Below are positions 29,346 through 41,735 of a stretch of 64,000 bases of DNA, piece by piece (positions within the stretch are counted from its first letter, which is position 1; each line of letters opens with the position of its first letter). Position numbers and translations under genes: made by a program. The notes beneath the pieces are model-generated. The model searched no databases, was not told the DNA's origin, and saw only the letters and a list, made by a program, of their open reading frames with translations. Origin of the DNA: Takakia lepidozioides (lineage: Eukaryota > Plantae > Bryophyta); contig CM060733.1 in NCBI GenBank assembly GCA_030704615.1, forward strand, positions 4,960,001 through 5,024,000, written 5' to 3'.

Positions 29346-29724
29346 TGTTGGAATTTGACAGAAAATAGAGATAAAAGATGAACTGATTACTAAGAACTCT
29401 CCACCCAACCATAGGACCACAACAAGCTGTGTGTCCACCCTCCAAGCTCTCCCTATTTATACTCAAAGTCTAATCCAGAAATAGCTGAGATAACTATAGC
29501 ATAGCTCCATGCTTTTACTTAAGTTATCTCCAATTGCTATTCTGGTACAATGACTTGAGTCATGAATAACATTAATATTGAAGCTAACTTTAGCTATCTT
29601 TCAGCTAATCGAGGTTTGTTTCTATTGTTAACTGTGACTTGTCAGCATTGCTATTATGGAAGCCCAACTTGTCATCACAGTAACTCTAGGTAGTAATAAC
29701 TTGGTCAGGAATTGATTTCCAACA
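29346..29724 (-). repeat. Copia 3' LTR
   Basis: TGTTGGAA...TTCCAACA, aligns to 33920-34294 and lies next to the PPT. Confidence 0.93.
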
Positions 29725-32700
29725 CCCCCACTCAACGAGTTACCAAATTAAGCACTTAACTACTCCCATCAAGCCTCGAAAGTTTTTTAGCACTAAGTTT
29801 TTTTTGTCAGTATGTCTGCAACCATGAAGTTGATGTTGCAATAGACAAGCTTGACAACTTCAGCTTCAGTCTTCTCTCGTACCAAATGATGATGAATCTC
29901 AATATGCTTTGTGCGAGCATGAAACATTGGATTTTTTGAGAAAGCAATACACTCTTGGTTGTCATCATATATGACCATGGTATCCCTCTTTGGATGACCA
30001 ATACTAGATAGAAATGATGATAATCATAATGTTTGTCTTGTAGCTTGAGATGCAACCATATATTCTGCCTCAGTCGAGGACATAACAATTGTAGATTGTT
30101 TTTTGTTGCTCCAGCTTACAGCTCCATTTGCTAGCATAAAAACATAGCCATATGTAGAGTGACGATCATCAACATTACCAGCCCAATCTGCATCACAATA
30201 GCCGTATAGCTCTGTGCTTTTGCAAGCACTATCTGAGATACCATATGAACCCACTTGATCCAACTGAACATTATCATTGTTCTTTCTCAAGCACAAACCA
30301 TAGTCCAGTGTGTCTCTTAGATAACGGAGAATCCGCTTTACTGCAAACCCAATGGAGTTGCAGGGTTAGCCACAAATTGGCTTACAACCCCCACTGCTTG
30401 TGCAATATCTGGCCTAGTACAGACCATTGCATACATGAGACTTCCCACAGCACTCTGATAGAGAACATCTCTCATTGTCTCCAAGTCTGCAGTACTCTTA
30501 GGACTCATCTCCTTTTTGAGTTTGCAATTTGGGACAAACGGGGTATTTACCCGCATACTTTCAGCCATACCAAAGCGTCTTAAGATATCTTCAAGATACT
30601 TACGCTGGTTCAGGTAAATCATTCGGTCTTGTCGAACACGAGTTACCAATACCCCCAAGCAGTACTGGATCTCTTTCAGATCCACCATCTCAAACTTCAT
30701 TGAGATATCGCTCTTTGTCTTTTTCAACAGAGCCTAGTCATTAGAGACCAAAATCAGATCATCAACGTACAATATTATGATCACAAAATAGTTTCCATGA
30801 GCCCTCTTATAGTAAACATTATGATCAGCAGAGCTCCTCTCAAACTCTTCAACCATGAAATATGTATCAATCTTAGCATTCCATGCCCTAGGGGATTGCT
30901 TCAAACCATACAAGGACTTGATGAGCGTACACACCTTCATCTCCTTCCTTTTTATAACAAATCCCTCCGGCTGGTCCATGTATATTTCTTCCATAAGATC
31001 TCCATTGAGAAAGGTTGTACACACATCCATCTAATGTACCTCAAGATTTTAAACAGCAGCAAACGCTAGAATCACTCGAATTGACTCCATCTGTGCAACA
31101 GGGGAGAAGGTTTCACTGTAATCAATACCTTCAATTTGCGAAAACCCCTTTGCAACCAAGCGCGCTTTGTATTTTGCTACAGAACCATCTGCATTGTACT
31201 TAACCTTGAAAATCCATTTGTAGCCAACGGACTGCCGTCCAGATGGAAGTTGAACAAGACTCTAAGTTTTATTATCCTGAAGAGATTTAAACTCAGATGC
31301 CATAGTTTCCTTCCAGTGTGAAGAGTTCCCACTCCTCATTGCATTTGACACATTTTGAGGTTCATCACTGTCAATGAAATAGGTAGAAGATACCTTTGAG
31401 GGTTTTTCAATCATAGTAGATTGTACCTCCTCCACAACTATCTCTTCAACAATTTTCTCTTCCATTTTATCTTCATGAGTCAGAGCCAAGTTCTCTTTTT
31501 CATAGTCCAAACTTGGAACTATTGTTTCCTGATGAAAGTTCCTGGACTCATTGAATATCACATCACGACTGATGATCACATACTTGCTCTCAAGATTATA
31601 CAACTTATATCCTTTGGTTTCTTCACAATGAAGATATATTTGATAACCAATGAAGATATATTTGATTGTTTTTTTATCCAATTTTTTCCTTATTTGTTTT
31701 GGAACATGGGCAAATGCAACACACCCAAAGACGCGCAAATGATCAACTGAAGGTTTTTCACCCTTTTAAACCTCTTCAGGTGTCTTTGTAAAGATTGCCT
31801 TAGTAAGAAGTCGATTCTAGAGGTATGCTGCAGTCGTTGCTGCTTCTACCCATAAATGGTGGTCCAACCTTATTTGTTGCAACATACACCTCACACTCTC
31901 AACAAGTGTTTGATTCTTCCTCTCTGCAACTCCATTCTATTCTGGCATATATAGTGTGGCTGATTGTTTCACAATACCATTCTTCATGTAGAACTGGTTA
32001 AAGTTCTTTGAGATGTACTCACCACCACCATCACACCGAAGAGCTTTGATCTTTTCTCCAGTTTGATTCTCCACCAAAACTTTGAATGCCTTGAACCCAT
32101 CAAGAATTCCAACTGCATCGTGTAGAGAAATGTTTTCCTGGAAAAATCATCAATGAAGGTCAAGAAATACTTTGCACCTCCATGAGATTCATTTGACATA
32201 GGACCGCATAGATCTGTATGAACCAACTCAAGAACCTTATTTGTTCGAGAACCTCCATCCTTTGGAAATGAGTTGCGATGGTGTTTACTGTACACACATC
32301 CGTCACAAAAACTCAAGATCCGATCTCCTGTAAGATCTATACCCTTAACCAGATTGTTAGCTGACATGCATGCCAAACTTTGCATTGAGACATGTCCAAG
32401 TCTCTAATGCCAGAGGTCACTCTGCTTGAGCGTAGTAGTACACTCCACATGTAAAGCCTGGACAACCATAATCAGCTTGTACAATTTTGCATCTTTCAGT
32501 ACCTCAGCTATCATTTCACTGCCAAACTTCACCCAACAATGATTGGTAGAAAATTCAACCGTAAGACCTTGCTCAGTTAGCTGACTAACTGACAATAGGT
32601 TCTTTGTCAATCCAGGAACAAAGAGAACTCCTCCGATCTCCTTCGACACTCTAGATAATAATTGAAACACAACAGTACATTTTCCATGGATATCAAGACT

Positions 32701-33919
32701 AGTACTGTTGTCTCCAAGATACACCTTGTGTCCCACAGATAGTTCTTTGTAGGTTGAGAATGCTTCCTTCTGGACATCATGTGCTGAGATGCCCCTGAAT
32801 CAATGAACCATACATCTCTACAACTCGTAGAGATTGACAAAGCTACAACAAGAAGTTCAGTTCTTTCAGCCAATGCTGAAACCTCATTTTGAAACCTCTT
32901 CTTCTTCTCATCGTCTAGTTTTTTCTTGAAGTAGTCACATGCATAGTGACCTCTCATGCCACAAAAGAAACAGGCTCCATGTTTCTTCTTCTTGATCTTA
33001 GTCCATTTCTTTGCAAAATTAACCATTGCCTTCTGAGACTTTGAACTTTCTGAAGTCTTGATATTCAATGCCATTGTAGCCTGAATTCTACCAAAGACAT
33101 GATTCTCTCGTTTGCAACGCATCTTTTCTTACAATAATTGTCCTGTAACTATGTCCATAGTCAGACCACTAGTATGTGTACCAAGAAATACGACCAATGT
33201 CTGATATGAAGGTGACAAACTTCCAAGAATAAATGCTAGATCTTCATCTGAAACTGAATGACCAATGCTGGACAAATGATCACTAATGATTTGAAGCTTA
33301 TCAATGTAATCTTGCACTGAGTTTCCTTCCTCCATCTTTAAGCTATATAACTCCTGGTTGAGATATAGCCGATTAACAACATGCTTCCTCTCAAAACTGA
33401 CACGGAGATTATTCCATGCTTCTCTAGCGGTTTTTGCATGTGCAACATGATGAAGTAAAGAATCTGCTACATTCAACAACATGGTTCCTTGAGCCAACTT
33501 ATATTTCTTCGCAAAAAGTTGTTGCTCAGGAGTCAACCCTGTGGCTATGATATCTCTATCTTCAGGCTGCAGTTGAACTGGTGCAACCGCTTCTCCTGAT
33601 GTGATCTCCGACAGATCTTTCTCACGAAGAATGAACTTCATCTTAATCTTCCATGTATGAAAATTGTGACCATCTAACTTCTCCACTCGGGTATGATCAG
33701 CAGAAGGTGCCATGATGCTAGTTTGATGTTTTGCCAACTATAAAACACCCTCAAACTTTCAGATCTAACTCCAAGCACTCAAGCTTTCAGATCTGACACC
33801 AAGCACTCAACTCCAAGCATTCAAGTTTTCAGATCTAAACCCAAACACTCAAGCCTATTCGTTGTAAATCAAATACTCATCTCCTTCTATCTCTCAGACA
33901 GAACCTTGCTCTAATACCA

Positions 33920-34294
33920 TGTTGTAATTCGACAGAGAATAGAGATAAAAGATGAACTGATTACTGAGAACTCTCCACCCAACCATAGGACCATAGGACC
34001 ACAACAAGCTATGTGTCCACCCTCCGAGCTCTCCCTATTTATATTCAAAGTCTAATCCAGAAATAGCTGAGATAACTATAGCATAACTCCATGCTTTTAC
34101 TTAAAGTTATCTCCACCTGCTATTCTGGTACAATAACTTGAGTCACTAATAAATGAAGTTAACTTTAGTTATCTTTTAGCTAACCGAGGCTTATCTCTAT
34201 TGTTAACTGTGACTTGTCAGCACTGCTATTATGGAAGCGTGACTTGTCTTCACAGTAACTCTAGGTAGTTGTAACTTGGTCTTGATTTCCAACA
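33920..34294 (-). repeat. Copia 5' LTR
   Basis: TGTTGTAA...TTCCAACA, next to the PBS. Confidence 0.93.
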
Positions 34295-34794
34295 ATTCTG
34301 ACACTCCACGGTTGGGACGGTAGGAGACTGGGAAGAGATAGCCCCAAGGCAAGATTGCCGCCTGATCACAATCTTGGCACGTTGATCATAGTATCTTAAC
34401 TCACAAATAATTCACAAATCTAATGTAGAGTCGTTGGTGGGTCCCGGTATGATTCGCAAAAGTGCCCGGCGGGCGGTAGCAAATCTATCATGAGCAAGTT
34501 GCGCTAACTGTTTTGGACCCCGCGTAGTTACATTGCCGCTTTCGGACAAGTGGAGTGGCAGCGTGGAGATGCTCTTAAGTAGGGCACCTAAACCCAATAA
34601 TAAGCTTAAATGACACTAACTATTGGGTGCCTAACTGCAGGTGGGGCAGGGCCTTAGTAGGCAACTACAACGAGGAGGTTAGCTTATTAGGGTTTAGCTA
34701 GCGAGAGAGACGACTAGATGGATGAACTTTGCTATTCTTCTCTTGTCTTCCCGCTCTTTCCTTAAACCAGAGAGAGAAAGAAAGAGAAAAGTGG

Positions 34795-34825
<31 letters not shown>

Positions 34826-34862
34826 CATTGTGTGGGGTTTGCAACGTCTGGTGTCTGGAAAC

Positions 34863-37800
34863 ATGGATCCTCAAAAGTTTCGGACTAGGATGGGGGACCT
34901 GGCTATGGGCACTGCCCTGGGGGCTGCCGCCCGCGACTACCAGAAAGTACAGCCATCTACTCTGTCTTGCACTTACGTCACTTGAAGCGGGTGTTTTGGA
35001 AGAAGAGGGTTCATTTCAGGAACTGTAAAGAGCGTTTTGACGTAAATGCCAGAGAGAGGTTTGAATGGTCTTGTTGTGATTGTAATGTGCATCCGATAAT
35101 TGAGTTTGGAAGAAGGTTGAACTTAGGGCATAGGGTTCAACTTGTGTCTGCTTCAATGAAATAATTTCCCAAAATGGGAGACCGCCATCAGTCACTCACT
35201 TCCCGCTATCTGGCGGCGATTGCTGATGATCACATGTTATGATAATCTTTGTGCACAAGTGTTGAAAATTTGAGTCTTCCCCGCTTCATCAACTTTTGAG
35301 CAGTGATTTGTTATCCTGTATGTAATTTCATAGATAGAATGGGGCTACATTTCGCGTAGATGCGTTTTATTGATTGTCTTTAGTGGGAGAAGGTGTTCGA
35401 CAATGGCTGAGATGTTCAGTCGACTCTCTTTCCTTTGTAGGAGGTCTGGCAGACTCTGAGTTGGAAGTGAGCAAGAAAGATTGACGAAGAAGGGACGCCT
35501 GTTTGGTATGCGATGCCAGTAACATGAGTGCTAGACTTGACTGAGGAGCCTACGAAGAGTCAAATGTCGTCGCTTGAAGTATCTCACCATAGATTTGTCC
35601 TAGTTCTTGGCAGGACGCATTGGGGGCGTGCCTGCCGTAAATATGGACGCACATGGAGGCACAGAGCTGCCATGGGAACTATAGAGGGGCATATTGCAAG
35701 TTATATGTGCTCGTAAAGGCCTCCCTTACAAATGCAACCCTTCAGGATATGTATGAAGTCAGTTTCCGCATGGATGGTTTAAGTATCTCACCATAGTTTG
35801 TCCTAGTTCTTGGCAGGACGCATTGGGGGCGTGCCTGCCGTAAACATGGACGCAGACTGAGGCACAGAGCTGCCATGGGAGCTATAGAGGAGCATATTGC
35901 AAGTTATATGTGCTCATAAAGGCCTCCCTTACAAATGCAACCCTTCAGGATGTGTATGAAGTCAGTCTCCGCATGGATGGTAGCTCTTAAGTTATGAAAT
36001 TGGTGGAGTGGGGCTACAGGAACTAGTAGCACAACATAAAGCGCAAGCAAGTGAACCTGTACATGAAGATGTGGATCTTGATGACCTTATGGATGTACGT
36101 GCCCTTCCTACCTCCTTAATCTTCCAATATAGTAGAGGTTGTGGTTGCAAAATGCCCCTATACTACATTCGGACAGGAGGGCCGAGAATTGACCAAAGAG
36201 AGTGGGAGGACTAGAGAGAGAGTGTGTCTCATGGATCTTTTCAGAGCTGATTCTAAGGGAGAGAGAAAATCTTAGTTGGTACAAGCCATGGATTTGTGAT
36301 TGAGTCCATGCCTGATACATTGCAATCTGTCTGTCTCTCCTTCCTGGAGTTTGCACCAAACACCTGGCAGATTCTGACTTCTTGTCATACTTTGTGGTCT
36401 CCATAAAGCACAGATGTCATGTCACCATTGATCTCAAGTATCAAGATGGAATTGAGTCTGTTACGGAGGTGACTGGTATGTGGGGAGAGGATAATAGCGG
36501 ATCCTGATGATGTCTCACAGTTCGAGGTTGCCATTTGGCATGCATGGTTGCAGGATCCTGAATTAGAGCGCCTCCATGCTGAGCGCATTGCTTCTCTCAA
36601 GGTGCATTTTCAGTTCAGTTTTGCTTTCTCCTATCTTTTCTAAGTTGTTGAGATGCATGTAGCTGCTATTTTAATCTGAAATTTGATTTGCATAAGGTAA
36701 ATGTTTTAAACCCTGATGCATAGGTGTTGGATTTTGTTGTAGTGCAGAAGGAGGCAGAGAAGAGGCAAGCATTGCAGAGGAAGGGTCATGGAGAATATAG
36801 AGAGGTATTATGGCTTCATATGCTTGGCAGCTACAGTTGTCTGCAAATTTCGTCGACCTCTCAGTTTCCTTCAATCCACGGCGGGTTTATACATTGACAA
36901 TGAATCAGGTGACAGAAGGTGATTTTCTAGGGGAGGTTACTGGAGGTCCACGGGTGGTGTGTCACTTTTTTCATCGAGAATTTATCCGCTGCAAGTATGC
37001 CATCTCTCTCTCTCTCTTTCTCTCTCCCTCTCTCCCTCCATCCCTCCCTGTGGCATCAAGGTTATGGCAAACAATGTCTTATGAGTACATTCTCTTTCTC
37101 TCTCTTCAAACCCCCTCAATCTTACTGCACTCGTATCCCCATCTGTCCACCTCCGTATCCCAACACTTGTTACCAACCAATCTCTTGGCAACTGCATGCA
37201 GTCTACTGTTATGATCACATACTGTGGAGGAGCATGAAGTATGAGTAGCCCTGCAACACTAAAATAGGGAGGAAGCACTGATTCTTGGACTGTTGATATT
37301 GGATGTGAAGGATTATGGACAAGCATATCAAGCTTCTTACTCCCAAATACTTCGACACAAAATTTATTTGTGTGGATGCAGAGGTATACCTACCTGTTCA
37401 TCCCTCTCATTACATTGTTGTTTTGCCATGTGGCATTTGCATTGCTATTATGCAATAATGACACTGCAGTACTGTATTTTCATCTCAAACACTCTTAATC
37501 TGAAGTGTCTTCTAATTTGTAAGGACATGGTTCAAAAATTGGATAGTGCTTTAAGGTTGAAGCTGAGGTACCTCCAACCTGTGGTGCTTCCACTTTTGCA
37601 GAATTGTCCCTTCTTTGTTGCGAAGTTGGCAATCAAGGTGCTGCCTTGTGTCATTTTGTTCAGGTGTGCTTTACTCATTCATCTTGGTGCTTAAATGCAA
37701 GTATAACCAGCGAAGGGTCAAGAGAGAAGTAGAATCATCAAGTGAAGGTGCTTGACAATAAAAACAATGTTGAACAGAATCCATTGTGTCCATTTCAGAG

Positions 37801-38587
37801 CCACTTAGCCTTGGTCCTGAGCTTGTCAATGAATGAACAAATGCTTTTTTCCATGAAAGGGAGTTCAGAATGTTGTAACTTAGACATAATTCATTTTTAG
37901 GTGTCTGGTTCAAAAGATCTGGACAGTTGTCTATTTCTGCAGGGACGGAGTCGCTGTTGACAGAATAGTGGGATTTCAAGAGCTTGGGGGAGTTGATGAC
38001 TTTAAGACCAGTGCCCTGGAGTCCCGGCTCTTAAAGACAGGTGATATCTTGTGTCCCTTAAGGCTTGATGGGCTGAGGCTTTCATGTTAATATCTGTTGC
38101 TTCATCCCCTAAACTTGTAGTGCTACATAATCAAAGAAATGGTTTGATAGTAGTGCAGTAACATCATCATGCAGTCATACTGTGTATAGCTGGGGAGTGC
38201 CTTGCATCAAACATTCACCTTTTCTTCTGGAATTTAATTGTCATGGGAACAGGAGATCCAGCCATATATTACCTCTTCTTGATCTGTTTCGTGTGCTTGT
38301 CGGTGACTCTGCTCACAGCTCATAAGGAAGAAATGTGGACACCACTGCAAAGGACTTTAGAGAATGAGGAGATAGTTCATAGACTTCTACTGAGAATTGA
38401 GTCTTCTGTGTTCTTATAAGCAACCTGCAGCATGCTAGACAGCCATCAAGTTTTATGCATCATGACTTTTCGTGTTCTTTTCCTTGCAGGCCTGATCATT
38501 GCCAAGACAGTTGTGGATGAGGATGGTGAGGAGATGCTGAAGAGGAGCGTGCGATCCACAACTCATGCAGACTCCGATTCCGATTAA
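34863..38587 (+). CDS. TXNDC9: Thioredoxin domain-containing protein 9 / phosducin-like protein 3 homolog (9 exons: 34863-34946, 36020-36094, 36554-36601, 36748-36804, 36909-36994, 37311-37383, 37602-37663, 37943-38040, 38490-38587)
   Basis: Spliced translation AARDYQK|ELVAQ..DLDDLMD|DPELERLHAERIASLK|KEAEKRQ..GHGEYRE|VTEGDFLGEVT..VVCHFFHREFIRCK|IMDKH..DTKFICVDAE|NCPFFVAKLAIKVLPCVILFR|DGVAVDRIVGFQELGGVDDF..DSDSD*. This matches plant PLP3/TXNDC9. Confidence 0.93.
35099..35237 (+). ncRNA. Candidate intronic box H/ACA sno/scaRNA, target unassigned
   Basis: Hairpin (upper stem aggttgaac/gttcaactt), H box AAATAA at 35159-35164, second hairpin (catcagt/gctgatg, ccgcta/tggcgg), ACA at 35232-35234. 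Each box lies 15 nt from its upper stem. Confidence 0.5.
35594..35733 (+). ncRNA. Box H/ACA scaRNA candidate, copy 1 (predicted U5 snRNA loop-1 pseudouridylation guide)
   Basis: 5' hairpin gtcc/ggac plus ggcaggacgc/gcgtgcctgcc, H-like ACATGG at 35651-35656, 3' hairpin ggga/tccc plus gggcatat/atgtgctc, ACA at 35728-35730. Pockets are complementary to GCCUUUUACUAAAGAAU. Confidence 0.75.
35797..35936 (+). ncRNA. Box H/ACA scaRNA candidate, copy 2 (tandem duplicate, offset 203 bp)
   Basis: Same architecture, with H-like AGACTG at 35854-35859 and ACA at 35931-35933. Guide sequences gttctt/gtaaa and ctatag/aaaggc are identical to copy 1. Confidence 0.75.
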
Positions 38588-41500
38588 GCTTTATTTACTA
38601 TATTTACTGTGCGCTTTCATCATGAGTAGAGATACATCGACAAAGCCACTCAGTTATGATTCTCATGAAGTGAGATCAATTTGCACACTGCCTTCCCTTT
38701 GATGCATACAAGCTTCTGCATTCCGCTCACCATGTGCTGCACAGCAGTGGTACGTGTGGAGCACGATATTGTTTCCATCAATTCGAGTACAACCAAATGA
38801 TTTTGTCTCTGTTAATTCTACTACAACCAATGCAAATCCTAGTTGTGGTCTACAGAGGCACCCCTAGATCAATTGTACAAAGGACACTGACCAAAAGAAT
38901 CTTTTCACTAGAGCTGATGGATTGACTTCTTAGCAATAAAACTACAGAAGAGATCTTTCATAGTTTGCATTGAGGGGTGGTGCTTGGACTAACACCCAAT
39001 GGGGAGCTTATGAATCTTACCGGGACGGCGGGGCCCATGGTTTTCTTCAACTTGCTATAGTATTCAGTATTCGGATGAAGCTGAACTTTCATCCAAATTG
39101 GCTGCTTTTCATCTTCTGTGCTTGCCTTAAATCCATGCATCAATTCCTTTGTCCAGTAGGATGGTGGCTTGATACCTGGGAGAGTTTGCAGGGGCCGACT
39201 GGAGCATCATGAGTTGATCTTATTGAGAGTAACTTAGTCCATTTTCATGTCTGAGGGAGGGGAGTGAGACACAGAGAGGCAGTGGCAAAGGGTGTGCAAA
39301 CTGTGAGTTTTTGGTCATTATATAAGGAAGGAGGGAGGAGATGTTTGGAAATAGGTTGAAGTACAGGTAAGGTATTAAATTAACTGCACCCAGGCAGGCT
39401 TGTTACCAACAAATATTAGGAAGGAAAGGCATGGTGGCTTGGCAGTGCCTGAGGAGGAGATGCAATATTTCTAGGTCAGCCTGCAGGTCAAGGAGGGGTA
39501 CAAAGATTCCTCTTTCTTTTGTCCACCTCCTTTGTAAGACATCCCTTGTTGTAGGTTCATATTTCCTGCTTACTTGCTTGTGTGGCACTTGTCGGAAGTG
39601 TGTAATTGTTTTCCATAGGCTCTTTGAACAAAATGAACGGCTTTTGAGCACAACAAAATATTGTTGCCCAAGCCAGCATAAAATCGTCACATACTTAAGT
39701 ATACTATATTGCTGTCCTCTACAAACAATGCACGCATCTGGTCCAACGTGTTTGGATGATCGGCAGCAGAAGAGCCGGTGCTTGCAGCTTCTGCTTCGCC
39801 CTGCCGTCTGGGAAGAACGGAAGATGCAAGGTGCCTTGTAACGTACACGAGAAGCCCATTGAGAGCTTACGGGAAAAAAATAAGCGCATAAAATACAGGA
39901 GGAGATGAAGAAGACAGTTCAGTAAATGTACTCCTCCTCAGATACAACTGTTGAAGGTTCAGTTTTGAGGTGGTGGAAATCCTTCATTGGGTTCGGTGCA
40001 ACTTGCGATACTCAAAATGGTCCTCACGAGGAAAGAGGGAGGGCTCCAAATTGGAGTCCTCCACTTTGAGAATTTCATTTTGCAGGGCTGGCCAAGCCTT
40101 GTACACGGAATGACAAGGGGCCTCCTCAGGCAGTCAACATGCTCCAGCGGGCCATTTTGATGTGTTTCTTGTTACTTTCGTGATGATTTCATGTGTGCTC
40201 AGGAGGATGGGAGGGCGCTCCGGCGCGCTCATTAGAGCGCAGGCATTGGGGAGACCCAAGCCGCTGTCTTCTTGGGGTGGACGGGCAGGGGCCCTCAGAT
40301 TAACGGGCCAGGTTGTGGATTTGCAATGGGCATCTAGCTTGGCAGCGAAGTCGAACAAAGGTACATATGTGCAAAACTTCGATTGGTTTATATGGGCCTT
40401 TCAGGCTCTGGAATATCCTTCGACCCTTTCAGCAGAAGCTACACCCATTCGTCATGGTCATACAGTGTTGCAGAAAAAATCGGTACCCTTGTCTTTTTTC
40501 CACCATTCCACTCGTTGTGGTCCTCCCTCTCAAGCAGTGCAAGCCGCAATCGCCAGGCCTCAATTAGTGGTCTATGCGTTGACCTTCCCGGCCAATGACG
40601 TACCCTCATAGCCAAGGACATTACTGTTAGAGAGAGTTGGGTGTTGATGTAAGGCGTGGTATTGACATCATGCCTCTGTTAATTCCTCCTACCCCTGCTA
40701 CTCCCCTACTCACCAACTCTAACACATGTTATGCATGCAACTGTGATCAGACTCTCTCACTCTGCTTGAGAAGGCTGGGAAGAATGTACTCATAAGACTG
40801 TGGTTGCGGCAGCCTTGTGGCCACAGGCAAAAGGGGGAGAGAGTGCAAATCCTATGCTAGCAATCTTCAAAGAGAATCGAACACTTTGGAGCTGCTAAAG
40901 ATCTATTTTCTAGCGCATGCAGGCCAAGCGATGGGCATAGAACCCTTTTGGCAGGATTTCTTCTCACAACCTTTGCAATGGTGGGACGACCACTTTGACA
41001 TTGTAAGTCTATCCTCATTTATGCTCCCATAATCCATGGTCCCCAATTCTCCCCGGGCACGCCATAAAACCTGCAACCCAGAACAACCGTGTTTGCTGAC
41101 CTTGCCAATGCATCGTCTTCAGTACAATAGAATCCCTTGATGCGAATCTTAATGACAATTTGCTACTTGCGTTGAGAAAGGCAGCAGATTGGTTCATGGT
41201 GTCGCTATCAGTAAGTGGTTCTTCCTTGCTAACAGGGCGGGAAACTAGGTTGCTCTAAGGCATTCCCTTTTATTTTAAAGATCCTTGGAGCACTGGTGGC
41301 TGCAGCCTGGTCTTGGCAAGGCTGCAGTTGAAGCTATGAGTGCTCGACTGACCACTCGTGGTTTTTTTCAGAACAGTCCAACCTCACCGGACTTCCGACA
41401 GAAGCAGAAAGAGGAGTCCCTTTGGATTGAGGATTTTTTTGGACCCTAATTGGGTGAAAGGAGAGTTAGCGGCTATGATACAAGGTCAATTTGGCAATGC

Positions 41501-41735
41501 ATCAGATCTCAATCTATTCCACGGAGCTCAAGGCCAAGAATACAAGTAATGTTTTGATCATGATGTTTTAAGGGTTCGGACTAAACATATTTGGTGCAGT
41601 GTATTGTGAAAGCAGGTGACTGCAGTATTATTGTAACCTGCGACTATGTAGAAGGAGCCTGTTCTCACAAAGAGATCTTTTTAGAAGTACCTAGGAGCTT
41701 TGAGATATATGATGTGAGATTGAGTGTAAAGGTTT

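Larger units (their letters stand above)
29346..34294 (-). mobile_element. Full-length decayed Ty1/copia LTR retrotransposon
   Basis: Two TG...CA LTRs, PBS TGGTATTAGAGC (iMet-like, 33919-33908), PPT TTGAGTGGGGG (29735-29725) and imperfect TSD ATTTT/ATTCT. Domain order gag (KLDGHNFHTWK, CFFCG..GH...), PR (WFIDSGAS), IN (VHTDLCGP, FIDDFSR), RT (KSLYGLKQSPRAW, LYVDD), RNase H (YCDADWA, ARTKHIEI), with many stops and frameshifts. Confidence 0.96.

Noticed and set aside
39431-40621. ORFs of 70-150 aa between TXNDC9 and the PPR gene
   Set aside because: No recognisable domains or consistent exon structure.
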